Below are positions 18,518 through 27,316 of a DNA stretch of 64,000 nt, piece by piece. The position numbers and the translations under genes are program-made. The stretch comes from a virus (taxonomy: Duplodnaviria; Caudoviricetes): the IMG/VR virus record IMGVR_UViG_3300014204_000123, positions 69,714-133,713 of that record. One strand, 5' to 3'. The notes beneath the pieces were generated by a model. It made no database searches. It saw nothing but the letters and a program-made list of their open reading frames with translations, and was not told where the DNA came from. Position 1 is the first letter of the stretch, and every line of letters begins with the position of its first letter.

Positions 18518-20215
18518 ATGAAGCTCGACCCTAAAGCCCAACTGCTGATTGAGACCTATGAGCTTTCGAGCTATCAGCTCGATGAGGCAGCGGCCAAAGA
18601 CGGCAAGGTGGTTCTTTCTGGCATCTTCGCCAGGGCCGATGTTCCGACGAAGAACAAGCGTGTATATGGGCGGAAGGACTACCTGGAAAACGTCCAGCGA
18701 ATGCTCCCGCTCATGAAGCGCAAGGCGGTTTACGGTGAGCTGGATCATCCGGCGGATGGCAAGACCAAGTTACAGCGAGCGAGCCATTACCTGACCAATC
18801 TGGAAGTCCTAGAGGATGGTACGGTTATGGGCACGATGGAACTGCTTCCCGACAAGCCAGGGACTCCGGCCGCTCAGTTGCACTCAATCGTTCAGTCCGG
18901 TGGGGCCATAGGTGTTTCGAGCCGTGGGTTTGGCCTGACTGAAACGGACAAGAATGGAAACACGATGATCAAGGAAGGGACGTTCCGCCTTGATTCATTT
19001 GATGCCGTGGCCGACCCGGCAGTAGAGGTTGCGTATCCGTCTGTTCATTATGAGGACGTGTGCGAGAATGGAGTTGATATGACTGCGCCTACCGTTGCGG
19101 ATCTCAGGACGGCTTATCCGACCCTTATCGAAGAGATTGAGGCGTCGGCTTTGGGGACCAATGGCAAACAGCTTGAAGAGGCTGCTGCCGTGATTTCCGA
19201 GCTTACCGAACGAGTCAAGGGCTCAGAGACGGCGGAAGACGTGAAGCGCAAGCTGGCTTCTCAGGTTGCCGAAGCCATTGAGCGCAAGCGCACCGAGATT
19301 GCGGACAGCGTTAGGGCCGAGCTTCTGGCAGACCCCAAGACTGCGGCAGCCAGGGGTGTCTTGGGAGGCATTATCTCGCTGGTCCGTCCGTTCACGGGGG
19401 ACAACGATCCCGTATTCGGTGAACTTGCCGATCTGAAAGTACGTTACGCCGATTTGGCCTCGAAGCTGGATGAGGCTATCGAATACGTGAGGGAGACCAC
19501 TCTTGCTATTTGTCTGGAGCGGTCGCTTAGCGGCAATCCATCTGCTGACGCCATTCGCAGGGTCATTGGTCCGGTCGGGGTATTCAAGTCCCGTGAGGAT
19601 CTGGAAGCTAGGCTGGCGGTGTTGAAGGAAGAGCTTAAGAGGCCCGAACCTATTCGTGTTGAATCGGCAGAAGTTGATGCTCTCAGGTCTGAACTGGAGT
19701 CTATGGCCAAGAACCTTGCCACTGCCGAAAGCAGGGCAGCCATGGTTACTGGGTTGCAGGCCCAGGGTGAGACATTGAGGGCACAGATCAAGAGCCTGGA
19801 GGAAGAAAACCAGGAGCTTGAAGAGGCCGCAGAACGTTTCGAGTTCGAGCGGGACGTAGAGATGCGTATTGCCCATAGGCCGGACCGGGAGAAAATCCGT
19901 GAGGGCCTATTGGAGTGTGAGAGTTTGGAAGAGGTTGCGAATGTGCTGACTCGTCTTGACCGAAGGGAGACTCGTGGCGTGTCGCCTAGAGGTCGGGTGA
20001 TGGAGCAGATCCGCAATAGGTTGGGAGCCCGTGGCAGGGAACTATTGGACGACGATGCTTCTCTTGATCGCAATGCTGATGTTGACGGTTCGCGAGATGG
20101 CACCGGCCCGGCACCCAGATCTGCGTCTCAGCCTGTATCTCCGGTTCTCGAAAGTGAGCTGGCTAGTATCGGGTTGAGCGTTAACGACGTTGTCGAGACC
20201 AATGGTAGGAATTGA
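18518..20215 (+). CDS. prohead protease (T4 gp21-like) fused to coiled-coil scaffold
   Basis: NKRVY, GELDHP, ASH, GVSSRGFG, DAVADPA; long Glu-rich coiled-coil C-terminus. Confidence 0.9.
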   Translation: MKLDPKAQLLIETYELSSYQLDEAAAKDGKVVLSGIFARADVPTKNKRVYGRKDYLENVQRMLPLMKRKAVYGELDHPADGKTKLQRASHYLTNLEVLEDGTVMGTMELLPDKPGTPAAQLHSIVQSGGAIGVSSRGFGLTETDKNGNTMIKEGTFRLDSFDAVADPAVEVAYPSVHYEDVCENGVDMTAPTVADLRTAYPTLIEEIEASALGTNGKQLEEAAAVISELTERVKGSETAEDVKRKLASQVAEAIERKRTEIADSVRAELLADPKTAAARGVLGGIISLVRPFTGDNDPVFGELADLKVRYADLASKLDEAIEYVRETTLAICLERSLSGNPSADAIRRVIGPVGVFKSREDLEARLAVLKEELKRPEPIRVESAEVDALRSELESMAKNLATAESRAAMVTGLQAQGETLRAQIKSLEEENQELEEAAERFEFERDVEMRIAHRPDREKIREGLLECESLEEVANVLTRLDRRETRGVSPRGRVMEQIRNRLGARGRELLDDDASLDRNADVDGSRDGTGPAPRSASQPVSPVLESELASIGLSVNDVVETNGRN

Positions 20216-20265
20216 CACGTCTGGTTTCCGGGACTGAAAAAAATGCGATTGCGAGGAGGTTCATT

Positions 20266-21807
20266 ATGGAACAGAGAGACTTTGAACAAGTAATTGGGAA
20301 GCATGGCGCAGATGCCGCCAACACTATCTTTGACCCCAGACGGCTTGCCATTCTGGAGGACAAGTGGGCACCTGCTATGCGTGGGATCAAGGGCAGCTAT
20401 CATCGTAGAGTCTGTGCGATGGCCTTTGAGGCTCAGCTCCAGGAAATGTCTCGGGTACAATTGCGGGCTCGTGGAAGCCTGACCGAAGACGTTACCACAG
20501 CCAATGTTGGCTCCTACACGAAGTACATCTTCCCGATTCTGCGGAAGCTGTTCCCTTCGTTGATTGCTCACAACATCGTCACCGTCCAGCCCATGAACGC
20601 ACCGATTGGTGCTGTGTTCTTCTGGGACTACAAGGCCGGAACGACCAAGGGCAGAGTCACCGCTGGCGACAATGCACCTATCACTAACCCCCACTACTCT
20701 TCGGAATACGTGGATGGCGAGCAGCTTGAAACTGGCGACGGTGCCAAGTGGGGCGGCGGCGGTGCTGCGCTTAGCGCTCAGCTCAGCTTCTACCCTGTTC
20801 GTCCACTGAACACGACTCACGGATATTCCGTGATCATTCGTGAAGAGCACGTCACGACTGAGGCCGTGGTCCAGACTGCTACCGATAACGGCAGCGGCGG
20901 ATTCACTGGTGACACCACTTCTGGCGCTGTCAACTACGCCACTGGTGCTGTGACCAACTTCAAGTTCACGAACCCTCCGGCGAACACCAACCGGGTCAGG
21001 GCCTACTATCGCTACAACTCCGAACTGAATGCGAACGTATCCGAATTCAGTCTGGACATTGCGATGGAGTCCGTGAAGGCAGAGCCCAGGAAGCTGAAGT
21101 TCAAGTGGTCTCCTGAGTCGATGGAAGATCTCGCCGCATTGCATGGTTCGTCCGGGGAGTCGGATCTGGTGTCCGGTGTCGCTCAGCAGATGATGTACGA
21201 GATTGACAGAGAGATCATCACCGACCTGTCGCTCTTCGCCGCTTCTGGTACCACTGCCACGTTCGACATGACCGTACCTAACGAGATGGTCAACAGTCTG
21301 GACGCTCTGCGCCGGATCTTCCTGCCGATGAACGACGTTTCTGCCGCCATTCACCGGAAGACCAAGCGTGGAAACGCCAACTGGATCGTTACCAGTTCTC
21401 AGATGGTCGGTCTGCTTGAGCAGTTCGCAACTCATCAGGACTATCGTGGAATGTTCACTCGCGATGGTACTCCTGCTGGCGAGCTGGACTACACTCAGGT
21501 CGAGCCGTCGTGGAACTCTGTCACCGGCCAGATGGGCGTGACCAAGGTCGGCGTCTTGAACAAGAAGTGGATGGTTTACGAAGATCCCGCATACACCTAT
21601 AACAAGATGTTGATGGGATTCAAGGGCCAGTCATTCCTTGACGCCGGGTATGCTTGGTGCCCGTATGTCACCGTGCAGATGACCCAGACCTTTGAGGACC
21701 CGGACGACTTCTCGATGAAGAAGGGAATTCGCTCCAGGTACGCACTCAAGCGTCTGCGACCCGAATGGTACGGTCTTGTTACCGTGACCAACTGGTCCGA
21801 GATCTAA
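20266..21807 (+). CDS. major capsid protein (T4 gp23-like)
   Basis: IVTVQPMNAPIG.VF, RKLKFKWSPESMEDL.ALHG, EIDREII, DAGYAWCPYV, KGIRSRY; SD GAGGAGG before ATG 20266. Confidence 0.93.
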   Translation: MEQRDFEQVIGKHGADAANTIFDPRRLAILEDKWAPAMRGIKGSYHRRVCAMAFEAQLQEMSRVQLRARGSLTEDVTTANVGSYTKYIFPILRKLFPSLIAHNIVTVQPMNAPIGAVFFWDYKAGTTKGRVTAGDNAPITNPHYSSEYVDGEQLETGDGAKWGGGGAALSAQLSFYPVRPLNTTHGYSVIIREEHVTTEAVVQTATDNGSGGFTGDTTSGAVNYATGAVTNFKFTNPPANTNRVRAYYRYNSELNANVSEFSLDIAMESVKAEPRKLKFKWSPESMEDLAALHGSSGESDLVSGVAQQMMYEIDREIITDLSLFAASGTTATFDMTVPNEMVNSLDALRRIFLPMNDVSAAIHRKTKRGNANWIVTSSQMVGLLEQFATHQDYRGMFTRDGTPAGELDYTQVEPSWNSVTGQMGVTKVGVLNKKWMVYEDPAYTYNKMLMGFKGQSFLDAGYAWCPYVTVQMTQTFEDPDDFSMKKGIRSRYALKRLRPEWYGLVTVTNWSEI

Positions 21808-21817
21808 GCCGTTCTTT

Positions 21818-21862
21818 CCCCCTGCAATTTGATTGCACGCCACGCGATCGGGTTGCAGGGGG
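21818..21862 (+). terminator. 19-bp stem-loop after the major capsid gene (contains a palindrome-family variant)
   Basis: CCCCCTGCAATTTGATTGC-ACGCCAC-GCGATCGGGTTGCAGGGGG pairs fully if G-U is allowed; no U-tract. Confidence 0.55.
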
Positions 21863-21885
21863 GGCGTTGATTCTGGGGGTTATCT

Positions 21886-22374
21886 ATGATGCGATATAAG
21901 CTGCCACGAGGTTCTACTGCCCCATGTTCGCTGCATTTCTTCATCCCTGGGGTTGGGGAAAGGCGCCGGACTGTTCATCCTGGGGAGTTGCTGGTAGGCG
22001 ACGAGTTCGCTCAGTTTGTCTCATGCGGGGTTTTGGTCGAGGACGAGGAACTTCCTGTTGCCCGTCCGTCTACGTCTTCGCTTCCTAAGATTGCGCCTTT
22101 GCCGCAAGTAGCGAGACCTATGGAGGCGGTAGTCGAGACTCCTGTAGCAAAGACGTTTCGGCCAGAGAGTGTAGTCGACAAAATGGCGGGTTTGTTTGAC
22201 CTGGGCGTCCATAATCCGAATCCGGTTCGTGAGCCGGTGGTCCCTTCCCCTGTCGTTGTTGATGCGGTCCATGTTGAACCCGATGCTCCCGTCGAGGAAG
22301 CTAAGCCAGCATTGCCCGACTTGCCAACTGGTAGGGTCATGGGCCGAGGGGTAAGGCCGAAAGGTCGAAGGTAG
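21886..22374 (+). CDS. hypothetical protein, Pro-rich disordered C-terminus
   Basis: GGGGG SD; typical post-capsid small gene. Confidence 0.65.
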   Translation: MMRYKLPRGSTAPCSLHFFIPGVGERRRTVHPGELLVGDEFAQFVSCGVLVEDEELPVARPSTSSLPKIAPLPQVARPMEAVVETPVAKTFRPESVVDKMAGLFDLGVHNPNPVREPVVPSPVVVDAVHVEPDAPVEEAKPALPDLPTGRVMGRGVRPKGRR

Positions 22375-22404
22375 TTTGTCCTTCGTTTCTGGAGGTTTGC
22401 ACCT

Positions 22405-23142
22405 ATGTCCGCGTATCGTCCGGCTACGTCAGCCGAAGCTATAGATCAAGTCAAGGCCATGCTCGGGTATCCCATTGTCGGTGTAGAAATGGGGCCGGAG
22501 AACTTTGATGCAGCATATGGGGCAACGGAGCGATGGTACAGCGCCCGGAAGGGCCAGACCAAGATGTATTCGCTCACACTGGTCGATGGGCAGCAGGCGT
22601 ACACGATGCCTACCGATTGCGACGAGGTTGTAGACGCGTTCTTCCCGCCTGGGAAGTGGGACACCTATCAGGCTTCCGTGTTGGACTACGGGGTGGAGCT
22701 TAGCGGTAATCCCGTGGATATCATGCGAGACAGGTCGGGGATGGGGCCGTACAGCAGGATCGTCCAGATCCTGGAGAACAATGAGATTGCCAGGGACATA
22801 TTTGCGAACACCTATGAGTGGTTTTACGACACGACGGAGCGGGTGTTGACTATAGGCGGGAACCCCGCCGGTGGGTCTCTGGCGCTGATTAAGTACAAAA
22901 GCATGACGGTGGATATAACGAAGTTTACGTCACTAGAGATCGATATTTTCATGCGATTCCTACTGGCGCAAATAAAGGTAATATACGGCAGAATACTGAG
23001 GAAGCATTCAGAGATTCCCGGAGCTTCCGGTCCGAAGACAACGGACGGAGCGGAGCTTGTATCCGAGGGAACTGCCGAGATGGAACGACTAGACGAGAGG
23101 ATTGGGATGATCAACGGGCCTTCAGGGTTCTTTGCTGGATAG
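22405..23142 (+). CDS. neck/head-tail adaptor (T4 gp13-like)
   Basis: MLGYPIVGVEM, GRILRKHSEIPG.SG..T.DG.ELVSEG..E..RL, C-terminal GFFAG. Confidence 0.75.
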   Translation: MSAYRPATSAEAIDQVKAMLGYPIVGVEMGPENFDAAYGATERWYSARKGQTKMYSLTLVDGQQAYTMPTDCDEVVDAFFPPGKWDTYQASVLDYGVELSGNPVDIMRDRSGMGPYSRIVQILENNEIARDIFANTYEWFYDTTERVLTIGGNPAGGSLALIKYKSMTVDITKFTSLEIDIFMRFLLAQIKVIYGRILRKHSEIPGASGPKTTDGAELVSEGTAEMERLDERIGMINGPSGFFAG

Positions 23143-23147
23143 GTGTA

Positions 23148-23459
23148 ATGATGCCTGGAAAAGGAACGAATGAGCTGCTTAGGCTATGTGTGAGGGCGGT
23201 GTCCGACAAGGAAGGGAAGGACCGTAAGGGTGTGTCCAAAGCCTTCGCTGTCTGTACTGCCAGCCTTCAAGACAAAGGCTACATGACGGGTGGGAAGTTG
23301 ACCCCAAAGGGTCGGTCTAGGCTTCGAGCGAAGCGCAAGGAGCCGGACTTCAAAAGGAAGCAGGATGGATATGAGGCCACTCTTGCTGCGGCTCGTGGCG
23401 AGGACCTTGATCCGTTCCTGTGGATGGCGGCTATTGCGGAAGGGCTGGATGACCTATGA
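23148..23459 (+). CDS. hypothetical basic protein
   Basis: C...KAFAVCTASL motif; coupled overlap. Confidence 0.6.
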   Translation: MMPGKGTNELLRLCVRAVSDKEGKDRKGVSKAFAVCTASLQDKGYMTGGKLTPKGRSRLRAKRKEPDFKRKQDGYEATLAAARGEDLDPFLWMAAIAEGLDDL

Positions 23460-23956
23460 GTGAGAACCTTCCGAGAAGCAGGCTGATTTTCGACCAGGAC
23501 ATTGCCCTGTTCGACAAGCTTGCGGTAGAGGAGGTGACTCTGTATGGGGTGTCCGTCGACTACTACCGTTTGGACAAGCGCAACTATGATCCGATAGACC
23601 AGGAAGTGTTCGATGAAGGGTTTGTCGGGCCGTTCAAGATGTTCGCCAATGTGGAGTGGAACCGGGCCGAAGATCAGCAGGATGCCACGGAGAACGGGTA
23701 TAAAGAGACGGCGGAAGCAGAGATCAGGATTCCGAGGCAGCTATTCCACCAAGCGGCCGGGACGCTACCTCCTGTTGTTGGCGACGCTGTGAAGATGTTC
23801 GTTGGGGAGTCTGTTGGTGACGTGTGGTTCGATATTGTCCATGCGAAACAGGGGGAGCCGGTGTATAGTTCGGCTTCGTTCGTGTGGTATCTGTGTCGAG
23901 GGCGACGCAGGAGCGAGTCATTACCGAATGAGCGGGCAAGAGGGGGGATAGAATGA
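23456..23956 (+). CDS. head closure/neck protein (T4 gp14-like)
   Basis: E.VTLYGVSVDYY, DPI..E, P.VGD.V; position after the adaptor. Confidence 0.6.
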   Translation: MSENLPRSRLIFDQDIALFDKLAVEEVTLYGVSVDYYRLDKRNYDPIDQEVFDEGFVGPFKMFANVEWNRAEDQQDATENGYKETAEAEIRIPRQLFHQAAGTLPPVVGDAVKMFVGESVGDVWFDIVHAKQGEPVYSSASFVWYLCRGRRRSESLPNERARGGIE

Positions 23957-24240
23957 GCATGGCGAGTGTGGACACCATCATGAGGCAGCGTGAGATAATG
24001 GAGGGGTCTTTGACCCAGGTACTCTCGCTGTGCGATATGAGCCGTGGAGATCTGGTAGTGGTAAGAGACCTGAATTTCCCGGATCGGATGGCGTGGGGGA
24101 GAGTTGTGGAGGTCAATCCCAGAGTCGGCTACGTTATGGTATCTGGACCTGGAGGGGTCTTGTCTGTCCACGACGTGAAGACGTACTCGTTCCATGGGGT
24201 CGTTGGTGCGAAGGAACGCGAGGTTCTGACAAATGGTTAA
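23953..24240 (+). CDS. small KOW/SH3-like protein
   Basis: RGDLVVV...GRVVEVN. Confidence 0.5.
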   Translation: MSMASVDTIMRQREIMEGSLTQVLSLCDMSRGDLVVVRDLNFPDRMAWGRVVEVNPRVGYVMVSGPGGVLSVHDVKTYSFHGVVGAKEREVLTNG

Positions 24241-24670
24241 GTCGAAGCTGGTTGATGCGCTGACCCACGCGTATGTAGAGCAGGGCGACGGGTCTTGGGT
24301 CCATCCCGACTTTGTGGGCAGAAAGGTGGGTCCGAAGTCAGTAGAAGAGGCAATTGCGGAGATTGAGAAGCGGGCCTTTTCTATGATGTCAATGGGATTC
24401 TGCTTGGTGTGTTCGTTCTGCCATAACCTGTGGGAAGCCCACGACGCTGGGCTGTCTTCATGTTCAATCATAGGTTGCTCAGGACCCAAGAAGATGGGAG
24501 ATTTTCCCATGTACCGAGGCGAGTTGCCAAGGCACTTATGGGGGAAGTGGTGCATGGTGTGTGGCGCTGAGGCTACTGTCGGATTCCGGCCAAAGGGCAA
24601 TGGCGTTGTTTTTGGGCTATGTTCGAGCCATAAAAGTATGTTTATAGACAAGGAGATCGGAAATGAGTGA
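24233..24670 (+). CDS. Cys-rich putative Zn-binding protein
   Basis: CLVCSFC, C....C.GP, CMVCG, CSSH. Confidence 0.6.
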   Translation: MVKSKLVDALTHAYVEQGDGSWVHPDFVGRKVGPKSVEEAIAEIEKRAFSMMSMGFCLVCSFCHNLWEAHDAGLSSCSIIGCSGPKKMGDFPMYRGELPRHLWGKWCMVCGAEATVGFRPKGNGVVFGLCSSHKSMFIDKEIGNE

Positions 24671-24938
24671 TTTTCAAAGAGTCTTAGAGGAGGCCCGTAG
24701 TGTGCTCGGCAAGTCGTCAGACATTGCCAACATAACAGAAGGCAAGATGACCAAGGATGCGTTTTTGAAGGCCACGAAGCTGTTGCTTGGCGTTCCTTCC
24801 GAAATGAGCGCAGTCAAGGTCGTTCTGGACTTCCGAACAGAAGACGGCCTATTGGTGGCGAAGGCAGTCTACCGGAAAGACAAGGAGCCTATTTTCTTGC
24901 GGGCAGATGGGAAGGAAGATGAGGAAGGTGGGAAGTAA
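24663..24938 (+). CDS. hypothetical protein
   Basis: AGGAG SD; TAATG coupling. Confidence 0.6.
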   Translation: MSDFQRVLEEARSVLGKSSDIANITEGKMTKDAFLKATKLLLGVPSEMSAVKVVLDFRTEDGLLVAKAVYRKDKEPIFLRADGKEDEEGGK

Positions 24939-25717
24939 TGTCCAAAGGCCTTCTCTACTGTTCTATGGCCCCCAAGGACCGGAGGGAGTTGAAGAAACTC
25001 ATTAGGTGCCTGCGTGACCCCAAGCTTATGAAGGATGTAAGGCGGGGCGTTGCGCTGGAATCTGCATCCGGTTTTATGGACGGCGTTAGGGGACGGTTGG
25101 AGGCTGGAGGCGCTGGAGATCTTGCCCGGTCGATGGAGTTGGTCGAAGTGGATGGCGCTGCCGGTGTTGCTGTTTTACCTAAGCGCAAGTCGATGCGGCT
25201 GTCTGATTTTGAGTCGAACCATGCCGTATACGTTTTCCCCAAGGGTGTGCCGGACGACACGGGTCTACTGGATGCGTTCAGAACAACGAATCCATGGCCT
25301 GGGAAGTCGTTACCATGGCTGCCGCCTGAGTCTATGGCTGTAGTTGTAGTCCGTGAGGTCACAAGCGACGAGGTCTCCAGACTGGAGGCGTTGGTCAAGC
25401 CTGTCCGGGCTGCAATGATTGCAGGGCTTTCAGCGAGGGGTCAATCAATTCCCCAGAGCGAGGCCCGTACAGTATGGGTTGACGTTGGATTTGCTGGGCG
25501 ACGGGCAGAGAAGGGCATAGGTCGAAGTGGGGTTATTGGGGCATGGCGGAAGCAGGTAAGTGCCACTGAAAGGGGCGTATCTCCTGCGATGCGGCGCAAG
25601 ATTGAAAAGGTGTTATTTGAGGGAGAGAAATGGAACTTGACAACTAGTGGAGTTCCCCGGAAAATGAGGGAGTCAGAAGTGCCTATGGTGCTCGACTTCC
25701 AAGACGAGATTACGTAA
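24938..25717 (+). CDS. putative neck/tail-completion protein
   Basis: basic protein in the head-tail joining block; assignment by position only. Confidence 0.4.
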   Translation: MSKGLLYCSMAPKDRRELKKLIRCLRDPKLMKDVRRGVALESASGFMDGVRGRLEAGGAGDLARSMELVEVDGAAGVAVLPKRKSMRLSDFESNHAVYVFPKGVPDDTGLLDAFRTTNPWPGKSLPWLPPESMAVVVVREVTSDEVSRLEALVKPVRAAMIAGLSARGQSIPQSEARTVWVDVGFAGRRAEKGIGRSGVIGAWRKQVSATERGVSPAMRRKIEKVLFEGEKWNLTTSGVPRKMRESEVPMVLDFQDEIT

Positions 25718-25738
25718 TCGGGCTCAGTGGAGGGTAAA

Positions 25739-26194
25739 ATGAAATACGGAGAGATTAGCGTTGCTTTTTCAGGGATCAAGAACGATTTGGTCGCAGAGGA
25801 ACTGGAGCAGACGGCTCGGGTTCTGCATGAGCAACTGGAGGCCCGTGGGCTTATCCGGGATGGCCAGCTTGCCAGCGTGACCGAAGACGGTCAGGTATTC
25901 TTTGGTGACGAACTGGAAGAGGGTGTTATGGTAGAGGATGCCAGCACGTTTCTCCAGGCCGCCGTCGACCAGATGATGTCTGAGTTCGACATTGACGAGG
26001 ACGAGGCCTACAGCGCTGTTGGTGCATTCCTTGACCAAGCGACTGAGGAAGGTATGCTTCCCGAGTTCCCAGAAGACGGGGATGTCGAGGGTGATGCCAA
26101 GTGGCTTGATGCCGCCATTTCCATGAACTTCATTGACGAGATGCTGAATTGGGCCTCGGACGATGGGGAAGAGGAAGAAGGCGAAGACGACTGA
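25739..26194 (+). CDS. highly acidic hypothetical protein
   Basis: very D/E-rich; GGAGGG SD before ATG 25739. Confidence 0.65.
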   Translation: MKYGEISVAFSGIKNDLVAEELEQTARVLHEQLEARGLIRDGQLASVTEDGQVFFGDELEEGVMVEDASTFLQAAVDQMMSEFDIDEDEAYSAVGAFLDQATEEGMLPEFPEDGDVEGDAKWLDAAISMNFIDEMLNWASDDGEEEEGEDD

Positions 26195-26221
26195 GTATCG
26201 GATAGGTAACCGGGGGCGCTT

Positions 26222-26905
26222 ATGTCTGGGATCACGTCAAAGCACTTCGACGAGGCAGTTTTCCGCAAGATAGGCGGGGAGCTGGTTGATGTGGTTTGGC
26301 CTGACGGGAGTAGGCGGTACTACGCAGCGAGAGTTGTCGGCGTTGACGGTCCTGATAGGTTCAACGGCATGATCCCGGTCATCTACCGGAATCCAGAAGA
26401 ACGTGTCATGGATTACCTGTTGCCATGCTTTTGCGTAGTTCCAGGCGCCCCCGACCCTGACCCTGCGAGGATGCAGGGAGCGATGGAGGGCACGAGGGCT
26501 CCGGCTTCGGGTGCTGCCGTCAAGACCATCACTCGCATGAGCGGGGAGGTGGTGAGTGGTTACGACGCGTATACTACCACTTCTCCTGCTTGGCCGTTCA
26601 ACTTGCCCTATGAGATTGAGTGTCGTGGCAAGAAAAAGGGCCAGGAGCGGGACATGTTCCTGCACCTATTGAAGACGTTCCCTCTGAATCGAGGGTTTGT
26701 TGTTGCGACGGTCGACGGTGACAGCCGGAGTTACAGCGCGTTTTTGGATGGTACCAGTGACCTTACGGAAATTGCGGATGTTGTGAATCGGGTCCCCGGC
26801 AAGAGCATATCCATTAGGGTCGAGGGTGAGATTGACCTGATGGAACCGTCCGACTCGGTGAGTTGCTTTGTTGGGGTTACAGTCACCGCTCACATTATGA
26901 CATAG
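26222..26905 (+). CDS. tail terminator / sheath stabiliser-like protein
   Basis: LPCFCV, P.PFNLPYEIE, SIRVEGEID; upstream of the sheath. Confidence 0.55.
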   Translation: MSGITSKHFDEAVFRKIGGELVDVVWPDGSRRYYAARVVGVDGPDRFNGMIPVIYRNPEERVMDYLLPCFCVVPGAPDPDPARMQGAMEGTRAPASGAAVKTITRMSGEVVSGYDAYTTTSPAWPFNLPYEIECRGKKKGQERDMFLHLLKTFPLNRGFVVATVDGDSRSYSAFLDGTSDLTEIADVVNRVPGKSISIRVEGEIDLMEPSDSVSCFVGVTVTAHIMT

Positions 26906-26913
26906 GGGATAGC

Positions 26914-27297
26914 ATGATAGTATACTTCTATAAGGGCAGAACAAGGCAGGCGGTTACGCTTCCCAATGGGGAGGTAGTTTCGTTGGCTCCGATGAGATAC
27001 TATAGGTTCCCGGACGGGGCTAAGCTTTCATCTATCGAGGGTTTGTCTTCCGTGTCGCTGTCTCCTGGTAGAATGGGCGAAGTGGTAGATCTGTGTGGGG
27101 TCCAGAAGGGTCAGACGACTGTTCCGAAGGCCCCGGAAGTTATCGAAGTAGGTGCGAAGGGGGTTCCGTTTTCTGCTGCTATTGAAGAGAAGGTTGTGAA
27201 GGCTGCTGCTGTCGACGACCCCAAGCCTTTGGATTTGAAGGGGCTGAATATGGCTCCTAGAGTTCCGAGGAAGTTTCGAGACAAGGGCTCTGAATAA
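26914..27297 (+). CDS. hypothetical protein
   Basis: GGGG SD before ATG 26914. Confidence 0.6.
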   Translation: MIVYFYKGRTRQAVTLPNGEVVSLAPMRYYRFPDGAKLSSIEGLSSVSLSPGRMGEVVDLCGVQKGQTTVPKAPEVIEVGAKGVPFSAAIEEKVVKAAAVDDPKPLDLKGLNMAPRVPRKFRDKGSE

Positions 27298-27316
27298 TAA
27301 GTAATGGAGGGTCAAG

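Noticed and set aside
20212-20265. TTG start of the capsid ORF, or TTGACA promoter at 20212
   Set aside because: A strong SD precedes ATG 20266, and there is no acceptable -10 at 16-18 bp
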